Positions 13,226-25,050 of a stretch of 64,000 bases of DNA are shown piece by piece. Source of the DNA: Podarcis muralis (lineage: Eukaryota); contig NC_135659.1 in NCBI RefSeq assembly GCF_964188315.1, positions 71,548,001 through 71,612,000 on the forward strand, written 5' to 3'. Within the stretch, counting starts at the first letter, position 1. Every line of letters starts with the position of its first letter. Below the pieces are notes generated by a model. The model was given only the letters and a program-made list of their open reading frames with translations. It made no database searches and was not told the DNA's origin. Both the position numbers and the translations under genes were made by a program.

Positions 13226-15004
13226 GCATTCTGCATCCAGACTAGCAAGAGGCACTTAGTTCTGTTCCAGAGGCACATTCTACACACTAAAGGGGTATGT
13301 GGAGCAGAGCCTGGGCAGAGTGGCCTGGGTTGGTGGTGTGTGGTCTGGAGGGCCTGTGATAGCCCTGGGGGGCCTGGTAGAGAGCCTGAGGGGCTAAATG
13401 TCCCATGGGCAATGCCAGATGAAGGAGCACCCTCAAACTCTGATCCTGACTCTTCAAGCAGTGTGCAATGTACACCTAATCCTGACCTAGTCTTCCTATT
13501 AAACAACAGCACTTCCGTCTTGTCCGGATAACACATTTGCTCACATCCAGCTTGCAACTATGCTCCAACAACATTGAAGAACTTCTACCACCTCCCTGGT
13601 ATCTGCTGGAAAAGTGAGATCCTGATGGCACCCAACCCCAAATCCACAGATAATCTCTGCTAGTGTTTTAATGTGGTTATTAAACAGCAACAGAAGCAAA
13701 AGGAAGCCTCGAGGAACACCATAGGCTAGTGGCCATGTAGCCAAGAGTCAGTTCTCCAGCATCAAATTCTGGGAACTGTCCTCCAGATAAGAGTGGTACC
13801 AGGGCAAAACCATTTCCCTTAGTTGCATTCTAGCCAGATGATTGAAGTTGGGGTTCTTTAGGAAGGGAGGGCTTCTCTTGGAGTCTACATTATGAATCAT
13901 TGGAATTGAATGGAAGCTGTAATTTCAATGCTGGGAAATCAAATGCAAGCAGTAAAAGAGAACTACATATAGTCAACCTTTCCTACAAAGTCAAGGAAGA
14001 ACAGAGCAAAATGGAGTATTGACCTGCAGTTGATGGTGATCAATAGTTTTAGGCTAGCCATTTAAAACACATTGTGGTCTTATCTTTTTCATGTCTGCCC
14101 TTTTGGTTCTTGTGTTTGCTGCTAGAAGCTGGAATGTGCCATATCCTTGCTTCCTTCAAGAGAAACTATGCATAGTTTAGGCACTTCTCATATCCATTTG
14201 ATGACTTGCAGTCAAATGGTGTCATGGAAGTGTAGGTGAATGGATCTCAGACCACTAACGATCTCCTTGGCATCAGGTTCTGTTTCTGGTCTCTCGGCAT
14301 AATGGTCTTCTGGTACCATTATGCTGTATAGTTCTAATGATGCTGTATTTAGGCGCTTCACTGCAGGAAAGTGGCAGTGTAACATAAAATAGTTGGGTCT
14401 TGCTGAAGTGCTAGGTAGCAAAGCTGACAAAACATGCATGTTCAATAGCTCCCTACAGGATTATCTTAAGGGAGAGCAACCAGTTCTTGGTGCTCACAAG
14501 GTTGCCAAAAATGTGGTGTAGAATGGAACTGTGAGTGAGGTCAGGGCAGTAGGCCAAAAGGAATCTGGTTTCCAGTTGCAGTCACAGCAAGAGTTAAGTG
14601 TCTGCAACATGGAATTACCCTAGCTGGAGTCAGGCCAGGCAAACTCCCTTGCTTTACTATCCTGATTCATTCTGCATTAAAAAATACAATGACCAGTTTT
14701 TTTAGCCCAAAGTTGACACACCTTGGTATTACCTTTTTTTCTATAAAACTAAACCCTTCCGGAGCAGTACTCCGTTGCACTTGCAGTGCTGTTTCTGTGT
14801 GAACTTAAATCTTATAGCAAATAAAACTAACACATAGGAAATGCCCAGCCAGCCCTTCTGCATGTTGTAGGCTTTGATCCACTGGATCAAAGAGCATCTT
14901 TGAATCGTTGCAATTGGAAAAAACCCAATGGCTAAAATGTTTTGATTTGAAAGACAGTTAAATTGATCTTTTAACCTGCTCCTTGATGATACCTGATGGG
15001 TGCT

Positions 15005-15203
15005 TATTTTTATATGTTTTATTACAGATATTTTGTGTGTTTTAAATTCTATTTTCCCTCCCTGATTAATTGCGGGGGGTTATTGGGTTGTTCTTGTTTT
15101 TATTTTGATTATGTATTTTGTGATTTTATATTGTGATTTTATCCTGTGAGCTGCCCTAAGATCTGTGGGTATAGGGCAGTATATAAATTTAAATAATAAT
15201 AAT
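15005..15203 (+). mobile_element. L2-type LINE 3' end fragment
   Basis: T-rich 3' UTR, then TGTGAGCTGCCCTAAGATC...GGGCAGTATATAAAT and an (AAT)n tail. Confidence 0.5.
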
Positions 15204-16912
15204 AGTTCTTTGCCCTGACTTAGAATTGCTGCTAATGGGCAGTTTGGTTCTACTGCAGTATCTTGCCTTCTCTCAAAGTCTTCAGTTCTCTTTGCAGATA
15301 CATGGGGGTTTGTCCCTAATCATGTGAATGGCTAACAGACTTGCAACAGGCTCTTATTGACAATTTAATTTCCAATATGCAATTATAAATGTGGGTATAC
15401 AACAGTATGAAGAAAGGCTGGTTTATACATAGGGAACACACAGCCATTTCCTTGACCACAGCCATGGTGACAGGCTGCTGGAACCCCTTTCGTACACTTT
15501 TAATTTTTTATTCCTGAAGTTCTGTATCCACTTGCACAGCTGTATGGAGAAATGTTAGTGGGTGCAAGCGGACCTGTAAATCCCTGCAGTAATGCCTAGG
15601 ACAAATTTCAGAACAGAGCAAATGGCCGCAAGGGCAGCTTAGAAGCCTCAGCCCTCCGTAACAATACTGGATAGGACTTGCAGCTTTTCCCTTTGCCTAT
15701 TGTTCTCTAGGCAGCCTGTCTGCCCATCCACACAGCAGGCAGTACTAATGGGCATGAGATTGGTTTCTGAGCAGTCTGTGTGCATGATCTGAATAGCAAG
15801 TGAAAAGAAGTGCAGTAGCTGTCAGTGGGAGATGGGTGATGAAGGCGAGGAGAGGGTTGTCCTGTGGCCAGCATGCCAGACTGGAGTCACATGATGTGTG
15901 TACACAGAGACCCGAACAGTTGGTGTTGCATACAGATGACTTGGGTGGTGTGTGTGTACACAAACACACACACAGAGGGAGGGAGGGAGAGAGTGTAGTA
16001 GCATCTTTGTTGTGAAAGTGAAGGACTGGAACACATTGCAGCCCAGTTTTTCTTTCTGCTGCCATGCCTTCCTCTTCTTCCACCCCTGGAATATATCTTG
16101 AGAAATGAGAATAGAACTCATCGGCTTTCTGGATCACATTGGAAAGCTCTTCAGTAGGTTCCCCAAGGCATTGCTATAGCTCCAGAATGATGTGCGGTCT
16201 TGTTTAAAAAGCATCTAATTTCTCAGTGTGGTATATAATACTCCTAAGCATTGTGGCTGAAGCAAAGCCAGGAAACTGGAAGAGCAAGGCAAGAGGAGGA
16301 AGATCTTAAAATCCAAATTGCTGCTGAACGTCTGATGCCTCCTTAGGATCAGGTGGAGTAAAGTGGAGCTTTATAATGCTGCTGGGCTTTCGCAAGAGTG
16401 TTGTGTTAAGTTTCATACTTCTTAGTTAGCAGCCACAGTTCTAGGAGTATTATATCCCACATTGACAATTTATATCTTGGAGAGAAGGCTATTGATTCTG
16501 TGGCATTCTGGAGCAGAACCATATCTTGCACCATTAGAATCTGTTTTGTATTCTAGGATGAGTGTTCCATAGTTCACAGACCAGGATGCTGTTAATACTG
16601 ATTTTCTCCACAGAGCTCCGTTTTTGTAAGGATGTGCTGGTGCTGTGGGTGAATTGCCTTTTCCCCGCCTGCTGTTGGTTAGCACCTCTTAACCATGTAT
16701 TTACAGTTCTGTGTCTTGTCAACTGCTTCCTTGTGTGCACATGCTGGGATTGCATCTGGGGGTTGAAAGCAGTTGATTTCTGAAACTGTTCATTCTGAAT
16801 TACCAGTGTGTGTGCAGGCAAAATTGTAAGTCTCTATGCTCCATCTAGATCCTCTCCCCACCTCCACTTCCTAAATCCCCAAATTTATGAAAGGCAGTAC
16901 TTTTGTCTAAGA

Positions 16913-17222
16913 CAGGGGTCAGCAAACTTTTTCAGCAGGGGGCCGGTCCACTGTCTCTCAGACCTTGTGGGGGGCCAGACTATATTTTGGAAAAAAATAA
17001 TGAACAAATTCCTATGCCCCACAAATAACGTTTTAAATAAAAGGGCACGTTCTACTCATGTAAAAACACCAGGCAGGCCCCACAAATAACCCAGAGATGC
17101 ATTTTAAATAAAAGGACACATTATATTCATGTAAAAATACTGATTCCTGGACCATTCGCAGGCTGGATTTAGAAGGCAATTGGGCCTGATCCGGCTGCCG
17201 GGCCTTAGTTTGCCTACCCATG
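16913..17222 (+). mobile_element. hAT MITE family A, 310 bp
   Basis: TIRs CAGGGGTCAGCAAAC / GTTTGCCTACCCATG (12/15); perfect 8-bp TSD GTCTAAGA at 16905-16912 and 17223-17230. Confidence 0.92.
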
Positions 17223-17230
17223 GTCTAAGA

Positions 17231-17368
17231 CAGCCTTTCTCAACCTGTGGGTCCCCAGATGTTGTTGAGCTACAACTCCCATCACCCCTAGCTAGCAAGG
17301 CCAGAGCTCAGGTATGATGGGAGTTGTGGTCCAACAACATCTGGGGACCCACAGGTTGAGAACCGCTG
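17231..17368. mobile_element. Palindromic hAT MITE family B, 138 bp
   Basis: Arms of about 58 bp are near-perfect inverted repeats; perfect TSD GTCTAAGA at 17223-17230 and 17369-17376. Confidence 0.92.
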
Positions 17369-17699
17369 GTCTAAGAGGTGGCTAACTAGCTGTCTCCTTT
17401 GGCTCAACCAGCTGTGCAGCTGCCTCCATTGACTACACATTTCATTGTTATTAATGCACTGTAAGACTAGCTCTATATAAGTTGGGTTTCACACTCAAGA
17501 ACTGGCACCTCCTGGGAAGATGAAGAGGTTACTTTGCATCATGTAGCTGCTATGTCTTTCAATGGAGGGAGAAAGGGGCTGATCCCTAGCCTGTTGGGGA
17601 CTTGGCAGGATTCAAGCCCAGCACCAATTTCACCTTCTGTTTTCTTCCTTGCCAAGAGGCATTTGACTTAATATCTAATCACAGAATCCCTGTTTTGCA

Positions 17700-17746
17700 A
17701 AACAAACAAACAAACAAACAAACAAACAAACAAACAAACAAACAAA
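17700..17746. repeat. (AAAC)n microsatellite
   Basis: About 11 AAAC units abutting the L1 fragment. Confidence 0.96.
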
Positions 17747-17748
17747 GC

Positions 17749-18410
17749 TTTTTATTAGTTTCATTAGATATTACAAGTATTTCATTCATCTTCAAAACAA
17801 CACAAGATACACAAAATACACAGCAAAAAGATCATGAAGAAACGCCCATACTTAATGAAAGTCTTCAACACCATATGTCTTCAGGATCTTAAATCATGAT
17901 TAAATAGTCTTCTACTTTTTAGTAAAAGGCGAAAGATTTATACGATCTGAAGAGAAACCAGAGTACTTTTTACAGGTGACTTCCATCTACCTCACTGCGG
18001 GTCTTTCCCCCCTTTTTTCTCTCCCTCCCCTTTTACTGTGTTCTTTATCATAATCTATGTTATATCCAATGCATTATTTATCAATCATGTAATCTGCGAA
18101 AATTGATCCAAGCATACTAAAGATTTTAGTTGGGAACAATACACTCACATTCCTTTATAAATTTTGGGTTTGTTTGATTCCTGATTGTTTCTGTCATTTT
18201 TGCAAGTTCCAAATAATCAAACAATTTTATCTGCCATTCCTCCTTCGTTGGGGTTTTCTCTCCCTTCCAGTCTTTGGCAATCAACATTCTCGCTGCTGCT
18301 GTTCTTTCCAAAAAATTTGGTATACTTTCTCCCGGATTTTCTGCAGCTACTATGTTTTGCCATTTTTCAGTGACCTGCCACAATATGCAGCTGTCCCAAG
18401 ATTCTTGTGT
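17749..18410 (-). mobile_element. L1-clade LINE 3' fragment (ORF2 C-terminus and 3' UTR), antisense to the gene
   Basis: The minus-strand peptide TAAARMLIAKDWKGEKTPTKEEWQIKLFDYLELAKMT is typical of the non-mammalian L1 ORF2 end; minus-strand AATAAA near 17750-17756. Boundaries approximate. Confidence 0.8.
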
Positions 18411-19010
18411 GTCATCGGAAACAAGTTCATTAAGACATAAGCAGCCCCCTCCACATGTGTATTGCCTGAAGGGGTCAGTTTGTCATATTTTTATCAACTT
18501 GACCAAAGGGTGATCATTTATTTGGGGAGGCTCCCTTTTAAATCTTTGCAAACCTGTTACTTTTTAATGCATTCCTTTTTCAGTGGGCAGGTAAGCCAGC
18601 TTCCTTTTTCAAATGCTGGTGGGTGGGGAGGGGAAGCTCCTTCTTCTAGGCTTAGGGACTCAGCATTGAATCGCTTACATTTTTTTAAAGTGCAGGCAGC
18701 ACAAATATTTGGGTGATGGCAGTCGATGAAATCCAGCTGGCTTCCCCCGAGGATATTCACACCTTTCAGCAGCCTATTTATACCATCATCCTTGGCAATA
18801 GTTCCAAGTGTACCACTGTTCTAATCTGCTCTAAGAAGAAACCAGCTAGGTGCAAACTTGGAGCGGTTGCATTTCTTCAATACATGTTTGAGGTGGAGAC
18901 TCCGGAGAACAATCAGTTTAGGGTCTATTTCCTGCAGTGCAGCTTCAGTTATCCCATCCATTGTCTTTTGCAGTTGCCTGTTAACTTACAGAATGGTGCT
19001 CAGGCATGCA

Positions 19011-19100
19011 CATAGTTGTCAACGTTTCCCTTTTTAAAAGGGAAACCCCCTTATTCTGAATAGGATTCCTCGCAAGAAAACGGAAAAGTTGACAGCTATG
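19011..19100. mobile_element. 90-bp hAT-type MITE
   Basis: TIRs CATAGTTGTCAACGT / AAGTTGACAGCTATG (13/15); perfect 8-bp TSD GGCATGCA at 19003-19010 and 19101-19108. Confidence 0.85.
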
Positions 19101-21069
19101 GGCATGCACAAACTACCTCTGGAAGGCTTCTGAGCGGTGGGAGGGGGCTTGCTCCTAAGGGGATTATGTGCTGATTATTCTCCAGCTGGAGGGAGCATCT
19201 CTGATAATTGGATAAGTGTTGGAAAGGCCAATTAATTGTCACGCGCACTGTTTGCACCTGTGGCTTCATTTGTCTTGCAGGGGGGAGGGATTCAGAAAGA
19301 CTTGTTTATGCTGGAGCCTGGAGGGGTCTGAAAGGGAGCTTATGTGTGTGTCTGGTTGCATCAACATGGTAGCAGTCACATTTAATCACATTTGTTAGCT
19401 TTTGCTATCGGATGTGCACAAACTGCAGCAAAAAAGGGGGGGCATTGAAAACAGCAGGGCAGCCAAAGCAGTTATAAAACCAGCCAGATCCAGTCTGGCT
19501 TATGTTGGTGGCAGCCTACTCGGCAACGCAATGCTGGTCATGGGAATTACTTGTTGTGATGACAGAGTGACCATAACTATTATATTGTCCTGCACTGCTG
19601 ATGCAGCATGTCCATCGACAGGAAGTTCCCCTGAAAAATTGGGGGGGGCATTTCCCTTTTTTACACCTCTCACTCATTGTGGAAAACCAGCTCTTTGCTC
19701 TGCACTTGTACATATTCTGTGATAAAACAAACATTGGACTCCTGACTCATAGTGAGCCATGTCCTGTGCAAAAAAAACCCAACTTCATTCTGCAATTTGT
19801 TTTGCGTTTTGCACATTTCTCTCTTGCTTTTTTTATTTTTTAAAAATTGCATCCTTGCACATGATCACTTGTTTGCATCATTGTGCTTTTGGTAATCATG
19901 GTGAAGGTCATTAAAGACACGCCCCCACTGACCACTGGAAATCCTCTGACCCCTTCTTCTACTACCCTGTGCATTATTCGTACACTCTTCAGCTTTTAAG
20001 AGCTCGGTATTCAGAATGCTGGGTCCTTTGTCCAATAAACAAACCATAAAAACATGCATTTATTTATTACTTATTTCATATAATTTATACACCGCTGGTT
20101 GTAAAAAAACAAACAAACACTCAATGCAGTTTACAGAAAAATATGACCACTGCATAATTACAGAATACCTGTAGCTCTGAGTGGAGACCACCAAAATGGG
20201 TTGCCATAGTCTGTGGAGGTTGGAAGTGCTAAAACACTACAAGGAATTCTAGACTGCTGCAGAAGGGACCCCCCCAAAGCTGTCTGTCCAGCAAACAGAG
20301 CCAGCTAGCCTCTATCTCACAGGCAGCTTGCTGGGTGTGTGTTCTTGGCCTTGGTGAAATTCATCACTGGCTTGTTCTTTTTTTGGCTTGTGTGGAAGGG
20401 TGGGAGCTGGAATGGCTGGCTCACCAACCTCATCAGGGATCATTTACTGCTGTGGTGCAAATGTGTTGGATTTCTACTGGAGATGGGATCAAGCAGCACC
20501 GTTCGGGTGCTGCTGTCTCCATATCCCTCCCTTGGACCTCCAGCTTGCTGTCTAGGGTGTGCCAAGCCACTGAGAGAAGCTGTGGCTTTTGAAGAATAGG
20601 TTTGTCCTTAATAGGAGTGGCCTGGATCTCTGAGCGTTGGCACAAGCAGCGGCTCACATTTCACAGCTGCATTTCTTGGCTATGGAGCTGTAGCACCAGC
20701 TTTTGAATATTTTTGGCTCACTATATGTGGACAGAATGGCGTCCAAGGGGCATCATTCTGACCTGTGTTATGACTTTTATTGATGTGTATCTCCCTGCTT
20801 GGTTTACTGAACCCTTTGTGGGAGTATTAGAGGGTGGGAGCGGCAGACCAGCTTTTCATTATAGCGAGCTTTTTAATAGCACTGGCTGCATTCCGTCTCT
20901 CCTGCAGAGTGAGGAGGTGCTTGTTAGGAGGCAGAAGAGAGACATAAATTAGGCAAGGAGAAACCTTTTATTGGCAAGTATTTACAAGATTTGGAGCTTC
21001 AAAAGCTGGCCCAGAAAAAAGCTATAGTCTTACCTAGTAATAGAATAAATTTGAGGGCATCAGGTGTCT

Positions 21070-21310
21070 TATAAGGAGAGATGTGCTGGATCAGGCCAAT
21101 GACCTATCTAGTCTAGCATCCTGTTCTCACAGTGGTTAACCAGGTGCCTGTGAGAAACCTGCAAGAAGGAAGGGAGCAGAGCAGCACTCTTCCCACTTAC
21201 GATTCCCAGTGACTTGGCATCCAGAGACATACCTCCAACAGCAGAGTTAGAAGACAGCCATTGTGGCTAGCAGTCATTGATAGCCCTGTTCTCCATGACA
21301 TTATAATCCT
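21070..21310 (-). mobile_element. CR1 LINE 3' end fragment
   Basis: Reverse complement of the 3' UTR segment at about 34500-34725 (CTAGTCTAGCATCCTGTTCTCACAGTGG...). Confidence 0.6.
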
Positions 21311-23623
21311 AATCAAAACCACAGCAAATTTGTGTTTTATTTCAGACTTGCTGGTTGGGGAATGAGGCTTAGTGATGGCAGCGTACCTCTTTCTGCCCAA
21401 TGAATCCCTGGCTGAGCTGGAATTTATGCCCAGGTCTCCACACTCCCAAGACAAATGTGGTATCTCCTGTGACCACGTGGGCTTCTTCTTCTCTGACACA
21501 AAGGGTGGCAGATAGGCTGATGCACTGAACCCACTTACTTGACTGCAACCCCATTAGGGCTTATTTTTGAGTAGACCTGGTTAGGATTGTGCTGTCATCT
21601 GTTAAGAGGATGCCAGGGCTGGGCTGTGGGCACCAGTGTGAGGGCAAGTCAAGTAAGAAGCCACAGACATAGAGCAAGTCAGAAGTCAGGACTGAAGAAC
21701 AACCGAAGGAATGTGCAATTTCTCTCTGATTCTTTGCCAAAAATGCTGCAACCTCTGAGTCCAGTGGTTCACCATATGGGGCAGCCACCCTACAGATCCT
21801 AGCAGCTCCTGACAAAAGGAGGAGGGAGAGGAAGTTCTGAATCAAGCACAGCCAATTTTTAAAGCCACTTTAAAATTGCTTGATCCTTGTTCCTTTGGAA
21901 TCTGAACATACATGTTATCTTGCTGAATCAGACAAAGGCAGGGTATGAAGGCAAGCAGCTCTGCCGTTGTTTATTCCCAGCATCAGATAATCAGAGGAAT
22001 TCTGAACATTCAACAACCCAGTGTGCCCCCTGCTACTTGCTTGGAACAGTATAATGATAGCTTTCATCACTGGATGTTACCAATTCCTATACAACATAAT
22101 GCGAACACAACAGTTGGGTTCCAAATTGATGGCTTCATTGTCTTCTCCCCTATTCAGTGTTCTACTGGGAGAGTGAATAGAATCTCTTCTATCTCTTGTT
22201 TTGTTGGAAGACTTAATCTGGTTTGTTAACTACCTGGCGAATAAGGCAGGTACTACAGATTACTAGGCTACTGGGGCATTAATTCAACACCAACACCACC
22301 CCAAAAAAAGTGGTTTAACGTGCAAATAGAAGGGAGGAGACCCTAGTTTGTGGGGAGCAAAGTGACTTGGAAATATAAGGTTATAATCAACTGCTTGCTT
22401 TTTGTCTGAGCCTTGCAAAGGTGGTTTTTCTGTAAAGCTTCAGCCAAGGTGATTAAGATGTAATCTTTTTTTTCATTGGACCTTGCACTGTTATTCTTTT
22501 CTCCAGCTTGAAAGCACATGTCTTGACTATGAATAGCCAGGCTGTGCCCATATGATCAAGAATCTTCAAAGCTTTCTAGCCCTTTATAAAGAAATCTCGA
22601 CCTTTGATATCTCAGATATGGCACCTTATTCTCTACAGTGCTTTCCTTTCCTTTGTGTTTGTATGTAGGATGTGTTTCTGCTGCTCTCCAAATGTCAGAC
22701 GACACCACTTAGCTATAGAGATGTGTCGATTCCCATACGAAGTGGCTTCTATTTTCCAATTTTGTCAGGAAAGCTAGAGTCATTTGTGTATGCTGCTCTT
22801 CTGGCTTTGCGCACAGGAATTGTGCCTGCCCAGATCAAAATGACAGTTTTCAACAAAAGTCACGCATGGATTTCCAAGAGCTTTAATTATCACTCGGGAA
22901 TATCCCACCCACCCTCATCCGCTGGCTTCTATTAATGCATAGCACACCTGAATACAAGTTGTGACATTTAAAGCATAACAACCAAGGTTGGATTAAGGTG
23001 ATGGGGAAGACCCAGGTGCAGTTTTCAGAAAGGGTCCCTCCCCATCCCCCAAAGGAGTGCAGGAACTTAAAAAACCCCAAAACCCATGCTGAATTAAAAT
23101 CATTTATTTTAATATACATATTTGTATACCACAACAGACAGAGGTGGCGAGGCAGACAGTGGGTGCAATAGCAGTGAGTAAATGGAGGCAAGACGGCCCC
23201 TTGCAGACAGACATAGGCTCTGGTGCAATTGTTCCACTTCTACCATTATGGTCCAGCCCTGTGGTCCACACCTACTCCAGTTTATGCAGAAAGCATGCGA
23301 TGTTTGCCTACTCCAGATGCCAGTCCAAACTTCCTTAAAACTAGATTCAGATTAAATGCTGTTGCGATGTGACTGGTGATTGTTAATAACGAGATATACA
23401 CTGCATTACCACACTTTTCTGTCTCATGGCCATTTCCTTCACTGTCCCACCCTCCCTGGGCTCCATTGAAAGTGGCAAGGTCAAGAAAAAACTTCTCAGC
23501 TTCACTCGTACTTATTTCCTTCACTCCTCCTGCTTGGGTTCTCATGAAATGGTCAAAGTTTAGTGAAACCTTGCCAGTCTTAGGAAATGTCCTGTCAGAT
23601 TCCTTTTTAAAAGTTAAGTACTA

Positions 23624-23823
23624 CAGTGGTACCTTGGTTTTCGAACGTAATCCATTCTTGAAGACCGAGTTCTGAAACTTTCGAAAACCGAGAACTCAAC
23701 AGCCGACAGCTAGGCCCCAGGATCTCACACTCAGCGGAAGCCACGTGGCATGTTTGACTTCCAAGGTGCGTTCAAAACCGAAATGTTCATCAATGGAGAT
23801 GTTCAAAAACTGAAGTACCACTG
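23624..23823. mobile_element. Tc1/mariner (Tigger-like) MITE, 200 bp
   Basis: TA TSD on both sides; TIRs CAGTGGTACCTTGGTTTTCGAAC vs CAGTGGTACTTCAGTTTTTGAAC (19/23). Confidence 0.85.
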
Positions 23824-24189
23824 TATTATGCATACTATTGCTGTTGGGCAGAAATACTCTCTCTTTTTTTTTTAAGGGTGGGGAAGTGGAATCTCAGACT
23901 ATTATGGACTCCAGCCATGTCAGTTTCTACAGAAGTTTGTGGGTGAAGGATAATGCCCTTACTCATGGTGATAGAAAAGGAGGGGGAATATGTTAAGGAC
24001 TTGTGCCTGTTAATAGCGCTCAGCTCGTTTTCTAGTTTTTTTTATTTCCATTTTTGTGTGTGCTTAAAGATTATTACAAAGTTAATATCTGAGACATTAC
24101 AATATAATACAGCGTCATTAATTTTGTTGCTAAATTATATGTGTCATTCAATAAATACAAAACATACAGAATTAAACTCGTATATGATT

Positions 24190-24400
24190 CTGGGAGTAAA
24201 AATGTAGAATGCTAAAAAAAAAGGAAGCCCCTAAAAGTACTCCCAGCTGGTGACTGGATCAACAAATTTTAGGAGTTGGCTTTAATGTCAAAATACTATA
24301 TAAGCTCAAGAGAAATGGGCCTAAAATAGAATAAATTTGTGGAAATGCAGACTCTTTCTATAATATATTGCTTGGTATGGTTTTGATAAGTTCTGAAGGA
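24190..24400 (+). mobile_element. Highly decayed L1 ORF2 C-terminal fragment
   Basis: Interrupted peptide DWINKF*ELALMSK, similar to the EWxxKLxxxxELAKM motif of the other L1 fragments. Confidence 0.4.
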
Positions 24401-24665
24401 CAAAGAAATATATGGGTTGTAATAAAAGACAATATGGTAGGATATAGAAAGAGTGATGAAGTTATGAAAATGAATACTTTTGTTAAATATCCATATAATT
24501 CACAATATTTCATTAATGAAGGGCTCATATTACTTAAACTCATTGCCTCTTTAACAGATTCATCACGTAAAAATAATTTTGATCAATGTGCGCAACATAT
24601 TGTGAAACTTTGCTGGAAATAAATTCAGTAAATAACTATCCTTTCCATTACCTCTTCTGTTTCAG

Positions 24666-24728
24666 AATTCTCTGAAGAAAAGAGGATCACGTTCTCTTGG
24701 GAAGACAGACAAGAAGTCATCTTTCCAG
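24666..24728 (+). CDS. MTCL2: MTCL2 small coding exon (NSLKKRGSRSLGKTDKKSSFQ)
   Basis: Not in the ORF track. Acceptor ctgtttcAG|AAT, donor CAG|gtacct; 63 nt, phase 0/0; matches the recalled basic linker HSLKKRGTRSLGKADKK of mammalian SOGA1. Confidence 0.92.
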
Positions 24729-24847
24729 GTACCTAACGCCTTCCTGCAAAGCAGCTTGCAAAATGCACTTGCCGTAAGGGCTGAACTGCTGGGCACTCGT
24801 GTAGTTGCTTCACCTTGTACCAGAGGACGACGGTCTCTTTCTCTTAA

Positions 24848-25050
24848 CCCCATCAAGGGAGACCCTCCAGCTCACTGGTAGAGCAACACACTTTGCATAA
24901 AGAGCGTCCTAAGTTCAATCCCTGGCACTTCCAGTGAAAAGGAACTTTGCTAGCAGGGCTAAGAATGATCATAACCTGGAGAACCACAGCTAGTCTGAGT
25001 AATAGACCAGTCTATATGCAACAGTGAGCTGACTTAGCATCTGGCTACTT
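24848..25050 (+). mobile_element. tRNA-derived SINE (Squam2-like), degenerate
   Basis: Box A-like AGCTCACTGGTAGAGC and box B-like AGTTCAATCCC, then the SINE body; no tRNA cloverleaf. Confidence 0.55.

Noticed and set aside
13002-13557. ORFs containing CVCVCV runs
   Set aside because: Translation of the (AC)n microsatellite.
15745-16160. Possible internal promoter or first exon (TCACATGA E-box at 15887, CA/GA tracts, short ATG frames)
   Set aside because: The short ATG frames either stop or reach donors out of phase with exon 24666, and single motifs are expected by chance.
24848-24925. tRNA gene
   Set aside because: Only box A/B-like motifs remain, there is no cloverleaf, and it continues into a SINE body. 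The same holds for 49879-49950.
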